A stretch of 64,000 bases of DNA, taken from positions 14,606 to 78,605 of the forward strand of contig MQRK01237146.1 of NCBI GenBank assembly GCA_001938485.1. The letters are read 5' to 3'. Source of the DNA: Girardia tigrina (Eukaryota). Positions 12,656 to 26,283 of this stretch are shown here, piece after piece. Every line of letters starts with the position of its first letter. Position 1 is the stretch's first letter. The notes below the pieces were generated by a model. That model had not been told where the DNA came from. It searched no databases and saw nothing but the letters and a program-made list of their open reading frames with translations. Both the position numbers and the translations under genes were made by a program.

Positions 12656-13749
12656 ATTATGAGATCAAATTGTTCTGACAATGGAAAATTCTCTGAGCTT
12701 TTTTTGAATTGTTCTTCACCACGACCCGCCAACCCCTAATCTTTGTCATTGCGCGACTGCCACGCCAAGCCCGCTCTCGTACCAACAATTATTGTTTATA
12801 TTTCAAAATGTCTTTCATTGAGTCAAAAGACAATCAATGGCATTCGAAAATTTAAATCATTAGCTGAACTATTTATCACTATTTCTTGCTGCTCGAATTG
12901 ATAATTCATCGAGTCATTATTGCCGAGTATTATCGTGCTAGGCCGAGTTTGTGTGTCAGTATCGAATTGATTGAAATGGTTCGCTCTGATTGGTTTGAAA
13001 TGTCAAGTGATTTTTATTCACAATTTTCTGTTAGGCTTTGATTTCTTATGGATGATGATTTTATGGACATTGTTTTGTGAGTTACAAAAATTATTTTTTT
13101 TGTTGAAAGTCGATGAAAAATTATTTGATAAAATCAAATCAAATTTTTGTCGACATTTAATCGATTGATCGCCAATAGTAAATTGTGAAATTAAAAATTA
13201 ATTCCAAATATTGAAATTTGTTTAACTGGATCAATTGAATCAATTTTTTGTTGACGCCAATTTGAGGCAATCAATTCGATAGTTTGAAATCGCATCAAAA
13301 CAGAATTAATTGAATTAAAACTCGGTGAAATCGTTGATTGGTATTTTGTGAAATTATTTTTCTGATAAAAGAAATCCGTTTCTGTTTAAAAATCGATCAA
13401 GATAATTTATATTGTTCGCACCTCATTTGATAATTGAGATCGATCAATAGTGAATACAATTTAATTATTCCAATAAACCGAATCAATATAAATTTCGTGT
13501 CGAAAAATTTCCTCAAATTTTAATTGATAGAAAATTAATTATTCAATATAAATACAGAAAATTTCTCTCAATGAAATCGAATTCGACCTCTAAATCAAAG
13601 TCCAATTGATATCGAGTCGAGAGCGATCCAACTTTTTTTCTATTTTTTCTTGTTCAAATTTGAATTTTTGTCGAGCGAAAAGATTTTTTCAATAATTTTT
13701 TTCTGATTAGTTTTTAAAAATTAAAATAATATAAGTACAATTATTTCAT

Positions 13750-14410
13750 TTAATGATTTCATTTCCTCACGAAAAAAGCTTTTGAATTCCGATAAACCGA
13801 AATGGTTAATTATCGGCAATGAATCATTCGATATTGACAGTTTAGTTTATGGATTTTACAAGCATTTGTAATGTCGTCGATAATATCATACCGATTAGCT
13901 TTTATTCCAAGCAAAACGTGATGTTAAGACGCGATGTCCTCGAATGGTTGCAACCAAAGTTTGATATCAATGTCGTCAATGATTTGGTTTATTTGGATGG
14001 AATAGAGATGTGTTCCGATGATTGTCGATTTTAGGAAAATGTACGAGTCACTGGCGACCGTCATCGAGCACGGAACGATCACGTGTAACGTGCCAGAGAT
14101 CATTGATCATCGCGAGATCACATGCAGAATTCCTCCGGGTCAGCTCGAGACAGAGAGCATTCAGACAGTCAGTTCTTGTTCTACGCTCGTTCCGTAGTGT
14201 GTATTGACTGATAGATCACTGCCACAACAGGAGACTCTGCTGAAGCTTCTTTACGGAGCGATTCTCCTTGATACGGACTGTCTCGGTCTTAGCAATAATC
14301 GAACTACAAAAATGGATATCGGAGTGTCGAGTGAAATCGATCAATTGCTTTCCTTGATTAAAGATCAACGATTCGAAATTGATCAAAGATAAGACAATTT
14401 TCATGTAACG
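13750..14410 (+). pseudogene. PRUNE1: Prune/PPX1 exopolyphosphatase (DHH family) N-terminal half, frameshifted and truncated
   Basis: Collinear DHH motifs over three frames: LIIGNESFDIDSLV (GNExxDxDS), IIPIS...MLRRDV, EIIDHRE, TVSSCSTLV (GSCxTLV), LLYGAILLDT...RTTKMD. The DHH triad is corrupted and there is no DHHA2 domain. Confidence 0.85.
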
Positions 14411-14429
14411 AGTGAGAAAGTAATTTTTA

Positions 14430-15804
14430 TTTCCCCTGACCCCACTACCCACCCCCGAATACAGGGTGCTCCAGCCGCGCTGTATACGCTCTCTCATCAG
14501 ACAGAATATCAATTTTTTTGAACTAGCTTGTGTTTGTGAATATCGAATTTTGAATCAGCTGATGTTTTCTCTATTTATCATTTTCCTGATACCAAAATTA
14601 TTGTACAATTTCTTTTAAACAAAAAACTAGTAGTTTTTGTTAACCAAGTTTGAATTCATTCACAATTGATATTGTTTTTTTGATTTGATTGTTATTAACG
14701 ATAAAAAGAAAAAGATACTTTATGATCTCGACTCAAATAATGATGACCAGTCTGAAGAACAGAAAATTGGCCAAACACAAAATGTCTCTGATACCACCGT
14801 CCAGAATATTAAATGATTATTAATTTAGAAATTTTAAACGATTAGCAACCGAAGTGTAATTGAGAACTGTAAAACAATTCTGGTGGTGATGGTAATTAAT
14901 GTTTTAGTAGTAATCTTAAAGGTTCTAACATCGCCCTGTAGAAAAAATATTATCTACTGATATGTATTGTATATTGACATCTACAAGACTCTATACAATA
15001 TCATAAATATAATATTGATCTATACGATTTTCTTAAAAGAGAAGAACTTTTATTTTTGAAACACATGGAAGTCAACATAAGTAAATATTTATTCTCCATT
15101 TATGGCTCCTGTGGCTCCATCCTTTCTACAAGCGCTGTAGATCTTCGAAAAATATTTCATACGTCAACGAAACTAATATATCAGGGTACTAATTAGAGGG
15201 TACAAGACGAGGCGGAGAAAGAGGAATTCTTAGCCGAAAGAAGGAGACTGCAGTATTTTGTCTGAGCTTCAGGAAATAACAGAATAGACGGACCTTTAGA
15301 ACTTTTGAGCTTCATACAGAGAGATCACCTTGGAGACTCCGTCCCTAATATTGTGATTTTGCTGCGCATCTTTCTTACCCGGGCTATTAGCGTTGCCAGC
15401 TTCGAACGCTCGTTTTCCAAATTAAAGCTCATTAAGAACTATCTCCGATCTACAATGAGCGAAACAAGGCTTACAGACTTGGCAGTCCACTCCATTGAGA
15501 GGGAGCTTGCTGCTGAACTGAATTTTGATACTGTTATCAATAAATTTGTAGAAATGAAAGTGCGAAAAGTCCGCTTGTAAATTGTAAATAAAATTGTAAA
15601 TTTTGAAATAACTTCGTTACTTGGTAATTTTTAGTATGAGAATAAAAGTATTGCAAGAAAAATATGAAATTAAAGTAAATATTTTGTGACTCTATTTAAT
15701 TTTTAGTAAAAACAGTAATTAAGGGTTCCGAATAATCGGTTAGGGTTAGGGGGCGGCAAATTTTAGGACCGCCCCGGGCGCCAATAACAGTTGCTACGCC
15801 ACTG
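14430..15804 (+). mobile_element. hAT (Tip100-like) remnant with dimerization domain and right terminus
   Basis: ORF 15305-15580 PNIVILLRIFLT..SVASFERSFSKLKLIKNYLRSTMSETRL; terminus ...GCCCCGGGCGCC...GCTACGCCACTG at 15804; left boundary approximate. Confidence 0.8.
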
Positions 15805-17361
15805 CCTTTCTACAATACGTAGTTCTCTTATGGTACATTTTTTCGTAAAGCTCAACAATATTGATTTGTCCGGTTTAAAAAACAATTTAATTAAAACAAA
15901 TAAAATTAACAATAAAATCTTTATTATACATATTGTTAAATAAAACACCTGCTTAAGATTAAATAAATATTATAAAAATTTTATTTTTTTCTTGTTTTTG
16001 ATCAATTAATAACAAAAATCTTGTAATTATAATTTTATAATTAAAGACAAATTGATTTTAGTAAATAATGTTTTTCTAAGGATTGATGTAAATTATAATA
16101 TTTTTGTTAAATAAAAAAAATATTTCGCTTTTCATTAGATTTATTTAAAATATTTCAATTTATATTAATTATATATGAATATTTATTAATATTAATTAGA
16201 AACAAATCATATTAAAATAACATATGATTTTATTGAAGGATAAAACGTCATATTTTGACAACAGTTATTAAGATTCGATAAACTTAATCATAATAAAAAT
16301 TTGGTTTTCAACAGTTAAATAAAAATAATAATTTATTTAATTAATTTTGTTTTAATCTATCTAAAGAGATTGACATTATTTATATAATCGTTAAGTAATC
16401 AATTTGATATAAATAATTTATGTAAATAAATAAGTAACATATTTATTCTGAAAATAATTATTTAAAAATTATATTTATCCAATTGGTAATATTATATTTT
16501 ATTATTATTAATAATAAATATGATTATGAATATTTTATAAATTTTAATTTACTGTTTTCATTTTATAATTTTTCAAACTACGATTTTATAAATATAATTT
16601 AAGACTCATTTTTTTACAATTCAACAATTTTTACTATTTATAACTTTACAGCATTTATAATTTCAAATTTTCCCAATTTAAAAATTTTCCAATTTTTTAA
16701 ATAATAAGTTTACCATATCTATGATTTCACAATTATTTAATTTTGCGTAAATATATTTTTTTCACACTGATATTTTACAAATTTATTTAATCTTCATAAT
16801 TTACTAATTAAACAAATTTTAATGTTCAAAATATTTTCTGAACTACGAACCAACAACAATAATAATAATACTAATGATGGAAAACGAGCGTGGAGCCGTA
16901 TCCGTGAGGTATCGGTCCGAGGAGGAACTGTTCCTCATTCTCTCTAATCTCGTGTGGAGCTTTGTCATTGGGGCCCTCGAGTACATCAACCACCAAGCTT
17001 GGATCGACGAGAGATCGCCTTGCCACCAGCCCGGATATGCAAGAGTTTGCATCTGTCCGGAAAAAGGAGTTAATGCTCAACGAAACCGAAAAGCTCACCA
17101 AAATGGGTTGGCTCAAAATAATTCGAGAATAGGCAGCCATCTTGACTACAAAGTGACCGAGTTTGAATTATCCATACAAAAATAAACTCAACAACGGAAG
17201 ATGGAGTCATGATCAGCAAAGTGCATTTATTTATATGAAGCCGACGTGAAATTAAAGAATAACAACACGGGGACAGTTTTATTTTGTATTTACAAGACAT
17301 TTTTTTAAATCGTTATTGAATGTTTTATAAATCAAATGTTTTTTTCTCAATTGATATAGAT

Positions 17362-20080
17362 CAGGGGTCTCCAAACTACGGCCCGCTGGCCAAATCCTGC
17401 CCGCGTCATAATTTTATCCGGTCCGCGACACAATTCCACAAATGTAGACAACTTATATTGAATAAAAAAATCAAATAACGATTTTCAATAATGTAAACTT
17501 TAAATTTAACTTTAAATTGTAAAGTTAATAATTCTTTAGTAAATATAAAAAATAATTTCATTTTTTATTATTAATACTAACAAGAAAAATTTTAAACATG
17601 TAAATTTACTTATATATTAAAATAACATATTGTTAATATAACTTAATTTCGTTTCCAAATTTGGTCAAACTGTTCGTCGGAAATCTACCCCCATCAGAAT
17701 CTCCAATCGGAGTTTAAAAGAATTTTATTAAAAATATTTGTTAAATTTAATTAATTTTATTATGTAAAAATTTGTTTTATCTTACTTTATTTTGGCAACT
17801 GTTTTGAAAGATATTAATAAATACATTATTTCTTGATTTTTCAAATTAAACAAATTACTTATATATTTTCGTTGTGAAAGAAAACGACTGAAATTTTTCG
17901 ACTGATTATAATTATCAGAACGCAAAACTTGGCGATACATAATTATAAGTATCTCACAAATTTAGTTTTTTAATTAATTTATAAATTTTACTTATTTAAA
18001 TTGAAGGTGGATTCTAAAAAAAGTCATATGAAAAGATACGAAAAAAGGATGACGAAGGGCGTATTTTTAATGATGAATGGGACATAAAGTACTTTTTCGT
18101 GCAATCAAAAGCAGGAGAAAAAGCTATTTGTGTAACATGCACAGAAACAATAGCTGTATGGAAAGAATAAAATATACGTCGTCACTATGACACCAAACAT
18201 GTTGAAATCTTTTCCCAATTTAAAGAAAAAGAGCGGCTAAATAAATTTGAATCATTATCTCAAGCTCTACAATCACAACAGAATTTCTTTATGAAACAGA
18301 AAAAGGATAATGACAACTATACCTTGACAAGTTACAAAATTGCGTATGTGCTGGCTAAAAGAGGATGGCAATATGATTAAAGATTGTATCATGGAAGCAG
18401 TGACTGAGTTATGTCAAGAAAAGATTAATATGTTTAAAATGGTAAGTCTTGCACCAAATACAATTGGTCGACGTGTTGAACATATCGGAAACAAGATTTT
18501 TAAACAAACAATTAATAAAGCACAAAGTTTCAATTGGTACTCTTTGGCTTTGAACGAATCAACTGATATTTCTAATACCGCACAGCTTGTGGTATGTTTT
18601 CGTGGCGTTGACAATAATCTTAACGTTACACAGGAATTAGCTTCACTTTGTAACATGTATAGCACCACAACAGGAGATGACATTTTCAAGGAAGTTGAAA
18701 AAACATTAAAGGATTATAAGTTAGATTGGAGTCGATTACAATGCGTTAAAATTGATGGCGCAAGAAACATGGCTGGTATAAAAAAAAGTTTGGTTGGACA
18801 AATCTCAAAAGCGTGTGAAATAATTGGAAAATCAATGTTTTTTCACTGTATGATCCACTAACAATCACTTTGTGCAAAATATATTGATATGAGCTGCGTA
18901 TTGAAGCCCGTCATTTCAATGGTAAACTTTATTCGTGCTCATGCACTTAATAATCGCCAATTTTTAACTTTCCTTGAAGAATGTGATTCCGAATATATAG
19001 ATTTGACATACTACACCGCTGTTCGTTGGCTTAGTTGTGGAAAAGTTCTTTTCCGTTTCTTTCAACTCAGACATGAAATTGATATTTTCCTTACCGAGAC
19101 AGATCACTCTGAACCACTTTTGTCAAATTGTGAATGGCTCTGGAAGTTGGCAATTTTTGCAGATTTGATAAATCATATGAACAATTTAAATTTAAAATTA
19201 CAAGGTGAAAATAATTTAATTTGCGATTTATACACAAATATAAAGGCATTCAGAGTAAAGTTGCTACTACTAGAAAGCCAAATAAACAATTATAATTTTA
19301 CACATATGCAATGCTGTGCAGAATTGTATAAACGTGCCAAGGGACATTTCCTTTGCCTTTCGCAAATATAGTTATCGAAGACCTAAAACAACAATTTCGG
19401 AAACGTTTTGCTGAACTGGATGCAAATGCTGCGGAAATAAGGTTTTTTCAAAATACGTTCGATTGTGATATTGTAAATATTCCAACCCATTTTCAAATGG
19501 AAGTAATTGAACTGCAGAAGATGTATTAAAGATATATATAAAATATAAGGAAGAAAGCTTGATTGATTTTTATAAAAATTTGGATTTGAAGCACTTTCCA
19601 AATTTAAAAAATTTGCTTGCCAGTTTATTTCTATGTTTGGCACGGCTTACCTTTGCGAACAAATTTTTTCTAAAATGCAGTATATCAAATCAAAATACAG
19701 AACTTCTTTGTCAGACTCACATTTAAAATCCTTACTTATGATTATTGCTTCGAAGATTCTATCGGATTACTCAGATATTTTACAAAATCAACAACAGTTA
19801 CACCATTCTCACTAGTTAGACCTCCTGCTAATCGTCCAATTTTTTGATAAAACAGTTATTAAATGGAATTTAATGTTATTGTTTTGAATATATTTTCAAA
19901 ATTTTCAGTATCATGTAATTACAATTATAATTTTATATGTTCATATTAATAATAAACTTATCATTTATCTCTGTATTCACTGATTATGCGTTTTTAATAT
20001 CATAATTTATATATGTGGCCCGAGGGACTATCTTCCAATGCACCATCCTGCCAGCGTTGTCAAAAGTTTGGAGACCCCTG
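17362..20080 (+). mobile_element. hAT Buster/Charlie (SPIN/GTF2IRD2-like) element, full length, inactive
   Basis: 16-bp perfect TIR CAGGGGTCTCCAAACT; 8-bp TSD ATATAGAT/ATACATAT (6/8 match). Transposase ~18000-19815 with BED-like CVTC...RRHYDTKH, SLALNESTD, DGARNM, HCMIH, VRWLS and MFGTAYLCEQIFS; stops and frameshifts present. Confidence 0.95.
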
Positions 20081-22053
20081 ATACATATATTTGATTTTTT
20101 ATTCACAGATTTTTATACATTCAAATTTATTTGCGATTATTTCGGTGTAATCTTGTTTTTTTTCTTTTATTTTTTTTACTGCTTACTTCATTGAAAATTT
20201 TTTTTATCTAAAACGAATTGAGAACAAATTTTTGAAATGAAAATTAATTTGTATTTTGAAAAACAAATATTTTATGAATTCACCACACTAATAATAATCA
20301 TTAATTACAATAATAATAAGAAGAAAAATAAGAATAATATTTTAAAAAATATTTAAAAGTATGTTTTTTTAAAATTCTCCAAAAATTTAAATTATATTTA
20401 TTTACAAATAATCTGAATATAAACAATAAAATTTAATTAATTCAATTAATTTTACAAGAATTATTGTAACGTAAAAAATAAATGATCTGTATCATTATTA
20501 TAAAAAAAACAAAGAATTTCTTCAAAAATATAATTAATGTTATTTTCACGAAGTTATAATATTCTGTTAAAATTCTAAAAATAGATAAAAAATCAAAATT
20601 ATAATTTCATTTGAAGACAAAATTAAAAAGAAAATCTGAGAATGTATCTTTTAATTTTTCATAGCAGGAAAAAAATAGAGAAATATTTTCCTGTATAATA
20701 ATAAATAAAACTGAAATTGAAGCGTTCAATAAAAAACGAGAATTCGAAAAGTCAGTGATGTCTGATTTTGAATTAAAAGAAGATAAAACTCAAAAAAGAA
20801 TTTATGGAATCGGCCCAAAAAGGAAAGTCTTCAACAATGAGACACGGCTTCCGCTCCAAGGATTAATAGAGAATTAGTTTCATATGAAAAAAGAACATTA
20901 GAAAATAAAACCCCAAAAAATTTATATTTCAGAATATTTTAAAAAAGAAACCTTTGTTAATTCTTGGACAGATGGGCTTTATGTACATACTAAATAATTC
21001 TCTTCTGCCTCACTTAAAACTGACCCTTGTATTATGATTGATTCAAAGGATTGTTCCAAGAAAATATATTTATAATGAAATAAATTTAAAAAATAATAAA
21101 AAAATAATATACAAAATTTTTAGAATAAATAATTAATAATTTTTAATACATTAATATTTTAAATTATAATTGACGTTGAAATTTTATCAGACATCTCAGG
21201 GTCTCTTTTTTATGTTTTAATATTCATTGCAGAACCATCAAATAACTTCATAATATAAATTAATAATATAACTTAATAATATAAATAATAAAATAATCTC
21301 TAAGGTCCCTCTTATATGACCCGAGGGTAAAGAAATAACAAATACTTCTAATTAAAAATTGTTTTTTTTCCATGTTTTAAGCATCTCGAATAAAATAATA
21401 CTTAAATAATTTTTAGGAAATAATTTTTTTAAGAATATAAATAATAAATAAATTTGTTCCTTTTAATTAGGAAATTAGTTTATATATTTTGTAAATGATT
21501 TAAGGGCATTAAATACTTGATTCCTGTTTACTTTATATATATTTTTACCAGATTATTTTGTTTGTCTATCCTCAAATAATTAATTTATATTATATTCTTC
21601 TATACATTCAGAACGCGTCGAATTTCCTTACGCGTAATAATAAAATAATCCTTTTATTTTCATATACTTTTACTTTGAGATAATACAACTAAAACTTATT
21701 TAAAATCGATTTTTTTCTAATCATTTTTCCTAATTAGTTTTTCGTAATTATAATTAATTTTCTATTTTTAAAAAAATATTTTTAGATAGAAAAAAATCTT
21801 TGATAATTATTTAAGATAAAATAAGAAAAAAAATACTTAATTTAATAAATGTTTAATTCTAACATTGTCCATATATATTCTAAAGTAAAAAGATTTGATT
21901 GATCTTCTTTATAATTTATGGCAGGGGCTTTTAAGATTCTTTTTTGATATATTTACCTATTCTAACATTCATTTCTGTATTCATTTATAATAATTAAAAT
22001 TCAATGATATTAAATAAAGAATTAAAATTTTTTTTAAAAAAAATATTTTTTAA

Positions 22054-22089
<36 letters not shown>

Positions 22090-22379
22090 TATTGAGTCTT
22101 GTGAACACTAGTTTAGTATTTTTTAAAAATAATTTTGTTAAATCTATTTTTAAAATTGATTTATTGTACCAGTTTCTGAAATTCTTTTCCCATCCTCAAC
22201 AATTATATATGTTAGCTATAATGTTACAGTTTTATAAAGTTAGTTTAAAAGGCAGAATTTATTATTTTTTGTCTTCATTTAAGATATTATTGGATAATAA
22301 TGGCAACATGTTTAAAAAATTTAAGATTTGAAACGGCTTTACTTCGTAAATTTTAAATGTTTATTAATGAGTTGTAGTG

Positions 22380-22730
22380 ATTTACAAAACTGCAGCTCAT
22401 AAAGTGAATCGAATCCAATTTTGAAACCCCAAATCATGGTTTAAATATTCTTAGAAGACTCTTGATGGATAAAATGTACACAAAAAAATGATAAATCAAA
22501 AAATTAAAATTACATTAGACAAATTTTGTACACAAACACGGGTTAAGAAAAGACTAAGTGAAGACAATATTGAAGAGCACAAACAAATAATCAAAATGCC
22601 ATATTCCTAAGGATTTAAAGCCTTTAAGAAGAGTATTTGTCAGAATATAAGTAGTGCCAAAGTGGTTTCAATGATATCCGAAGTTCAAAGCTTTCTATCA
22701 AATAAATCAAAAATTATACCCCTAACAATT
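22380..22730 (+). mobile_element. Penelope-like linker fragment (between RT and GIY-YIG)
   Basis: IIKMPYS*GFKAFKKSI...VQSFLSNKSK parallels LKIPFSEGAKDFKNSL...VSGFFSNKSK in the 48234-49100 ORF. Confidence 0.55.
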
Positions 22731-22999
22731 TTCCAAACTATTAAATTTCCAAGAATATTTATTAAAATTAATAATTTTACCCACTTCTTTAAACAAATTC
22801 AAAATAATTAAAAATGTTATAAAATTTTAAAAAATAAATTTAAATTTTTTAAGTTTTATTTATATCTATTTAAATGCTTTTCATTTTTAAAAAAATATTA
22901 AACTTAATTTCAATTGCTAAATTCAAAAATTTAAACTTATCAAATTATTATCACTTCGTTATTATTATTTTAATTATGTTCTAATAGTCCATCACTGTA

Positions 23000-24300
23000 T
23001 ATACAAAAAGAATAGCAATTTTCATCTGGGTTGAAGAATCAACATTCTAAGTTCAACATACTCAAATCAAAATACATCATTCAGACATTCATTCAATTTA
23101 AAATATTCTTCACAATCCCCATTTTTGATGTGGATCCCTTTGATGCGTCTGTTGACCTGGAATCCGCCATTGGTGTTTGCTTTTCTAGTTTTCGTAGACA
23201 ACCCAATTTTCATCGCACGTTTAAATCCGTTACAATCTCTCACGGCTGAATTTATGAAAAAGCCAAGAACAGTCATTAATTTGTTGCTTTGTTTTGCATT
23301 TCGTTGAGTTCACATTGGACCTTTTGACCACGTTTATTTTTCTTGTTCATTTACTGAAGGTTCCAAATAATTGGTTACATTAGAAGTCTAGAGTTCAGCA
23401 ACCAGTTCACGCGTTGTTTGGATCGGATCCGTTTCAATGGAATAGCGCTCCTTTATCAATCGTCGTTGGGCGTCTGCAACTTACTTGGTCTATTCCCGAT
23501 GTGGAATTTTGCATACCATTGGAAATATGTTCTTTCAGTCGTAGAATCTCGGCGGTTGCTAGCACAAATGTCTTTAAACGCTTCCGTTGATGTACGAATA
23601 AGTTTTAATTCGTTGAAAATCAAATTGCGAATTTCTTTACTCTTTTGACATTTCAACTTGTTTCTAAAATCAACAGCCTTTAATAAAAATACTATACAAG
23701 GCAAATACATATCGAAATGCTCCTATGAACGTATAATATCTAAAATCCATAGAAGACAAAATTAAATTAAAAACTTTATCTAAAGGTTTTTAAATAACTG
23801 ACAAAACTTTCTATCCAACATATAATTTAACTTCAAAATTAAAAAAATGTTTATAGCGCATTTTTTCATATGAAAAAATGTCCTGTTGTATTTGGTTTGC
23901 CCGTATATGTAGGCATCGATGTGAATGTTATCACACCTCTTTATGGCTACAAAACAGTTTCAAGACCCATAAACTATGTATCGTTGGAAAAATATCATTA
24001 ATCCTGATATCGACCAATAACCAGTAATCAAAGTCTTTCATCATCGAATGTTTGATTTTCGCAGTCTCACTCTCGGAAACTTACATAAAGTGATGGATCT
24101 TAGCTTCTGATGTAAGTCTAAAATCACTCAAGGTCATCCCGATTTGGGATACTCAAATCAAATGCTTAAAATTTTAATTACAGCTTTGGCGATTGAGAAT
24201 TTCATGCTAAAATTGATTTTGAGTTATATAGTCATGAATTTACTTGTATATCATTTAATATCTTTCATGATCATTTTAGACCCCAATCTATATCTCAAAA
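23000..24300 (-). mobile_element. highly decayed mariner-like remnants
   Basis: EIRNLIFNELKL.RTSTEAFKDIC...TTERTYFQWYAKF..G resembles a mariner HTH; ~24000-24050 KTLITGYWSISGLMIF resembles KxMxTVFWDxxG. Confidence 0.45.
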
Positions 24301-24799
24301 TCAAAGTTTTTTTAAAAGTTTTTTCAGGTTCTTGAACAACCAAAGAAAAAATTATTCATTTTCTAAAAATGTTTTTTGCAAAATACTGATGCATTCACAA
24401 TATTGAACTCTATTTAATAGGTAAATCTCATCTTAACATACTCCACTATCAAGAACTGATCTATAAAAGAGAAAATAAATACATCACTGACTGATGTGAA
24501 TACTGATTTATATTTTTTATTAATTTCTGTGTAATTTAATGTTGTAGAAAACTTATTTAAATAATAGTTTTTAAAATGTTACTTTTAAAAAATAACTTAA
24601 AAAAATTAAGTGGTATTATATTTATGATTAAAAATCAAAAAGCAAATTTTCATTTACATAAAGTAACCTGTCTAGACATTGTTATGAAAATAATTTCAAA
24701 AATTTTGGAAAATGATTACTTTGATTTGATTTTACAAACATTGATTTTATAAAAAAAATAAATAAATAAATTTTTTATTTAATGGAAAGTATCAGATAT

Positions 24800-25100
24800 C
24801 ATTAATATCCTTTTAAAAGAAATTATTATAAAATTATTATTTTTTTTCGAATACATGATTATTTTAAAATGATTATAATATAATTTAAAATAATTTTGAC
24901 ACAAATTGTGAAAAAAATGTTTTTAAAGCGTTGTTAATAAAGCATCATAAACTACACTTAAACGTGCAAGGAGATTCATCTAATACATTTAAATATTTTA
25001 AAGCAAGCTTTTCGAATTGAGTTTTCAACGTAAATAGTAATTAATCACTTACTTTTAATTACACTGAAGATACTTTTGTATTGTGAATTAATTTAATGAG
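24800..25100 (+). repeat. left arm of a diverged inverted repeat (partner ~28980-29300)
   Basis: TAAACGTGCAAGGAGATTCATC (~24959-24980) versus GATGAATCACCTTGCACGTTTA (~29111-29132), with patchy similarity extending on both sides. Confidence 0.65.
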
Positions 25101-25229
25101 AAGCGACATTTTTCATTTTTCTAAAAAGTTTAATTATTTTTTACCAGATAATCAATTACAAGAATTAAAGAAATTGTTGAATACCCAAAAAATTTTTATA
25201 TATTGAATGTAGAGAAAAAGAACATGGCT

Positions 25230-26235
25230 ACTAATTTTTAGAAATCGTGTGAAGAATGGTACTTAATGGTGTTTCATAATTTGTGTACTCGCACAATCAT
25301 GAAAGTGCAGAAGACTGAGAGGATACAGATGGACACTATCGACATTGAACTCCCGCTCCCCATGGATATCATTGCAAGCAGAAGACTTACCTACCATAGC
25401 AGGTTGGACACCTCTGATACACCAAACATTATGAGGTGTGTGTGGAGAGCAACAATGTCAATGGGAAAGAAGATCAGTGGGAGAAAGAAGCAAGCTCTCT
25501 CCGAATGCCTCAGAGTGAATATACAGTGGCTCTTTGGGGATAGTGCAAAGTATGAAGACTTCCTACACCACATTGTCCACAGAGACCCCACAATAGAAAT
25601 AAGGCAATACATCAACTCCTTTATAAGAAAAGGGAAGTAGAACAGAACAAGAGCCGATCTGCAGAAATTACTCAATGAGAGAGATAAACTCCTTCAATGT
25701 ACGATAGAAGATTGCTTTAAGGAGTTTGCCGAACAAAAGAAGCTAAATAGACATCTCAAGCGGGATCACACGGAATCAACAGTAAGCATCCAGCTTCAGC
25801 TCCCAGAAGATGAAAACCCGTTTAAATGTACCAAATGCAGCAAAGGTTACAAAACGAAAGGATGGTTCACTAGGCATCTGCGTAAAGATCATCGAATAGA
25901 AGCGAGGAAGAATATCAATGAACATCCGACAGAATCATCAGTCAAATCCAACCGAAGAAGCGACAATCCAAACGACTTATCCCGAAGAAACACATTTGTC
26001 TTTTATGATCGCAGATCCAAATGCGAGGGGAAAGTTCAAATGTCCCTTTCGCGGCTGTACCAAGTCCACCAATACAGCCAAAAAGGATGCTCAATCATGG
26101 TACCACAATTCATAATTGGTCGTTTGCAACAGGGAAGCCCAAGAAATTTCGGAGACTGAAGCACTCTAATATGAGCCTAGTGGCTCAATACCATTCGAAA
26201 GAGAAGGGAGGCCCACTTAATTGTGTTTAATGCAA
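25230..26235 (+). mobile_element. 5'-truncated RTE-like non-LTR retrotransposon with three C-terminal C2H2 fingers
   Basis: LMVFHNLCTRTIM...IIASRRLTYHSRL...GRKK (RTE post-RT region), followed by CTIEDC..LNRHLKRDH, CTKCSKGY..FTRHLRKDH and CPFRGC..MLNHGTTIH. Confidence 0.7.
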
Positions 26236-26283
26236 ATATAGACCATTTTTCCATTCTTTTTATTAGCTTACTTTCTATATATA

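Noticed and set aside
15738-15752. Telomere-like GGTTAGGGTTAGGG
   Set aside because: Only two units, inside a hAT subterminal region.
20700-21240. Coding-like Lys/Glu-rich stretch
   Set aside because: Several stops and no recognisable motif.
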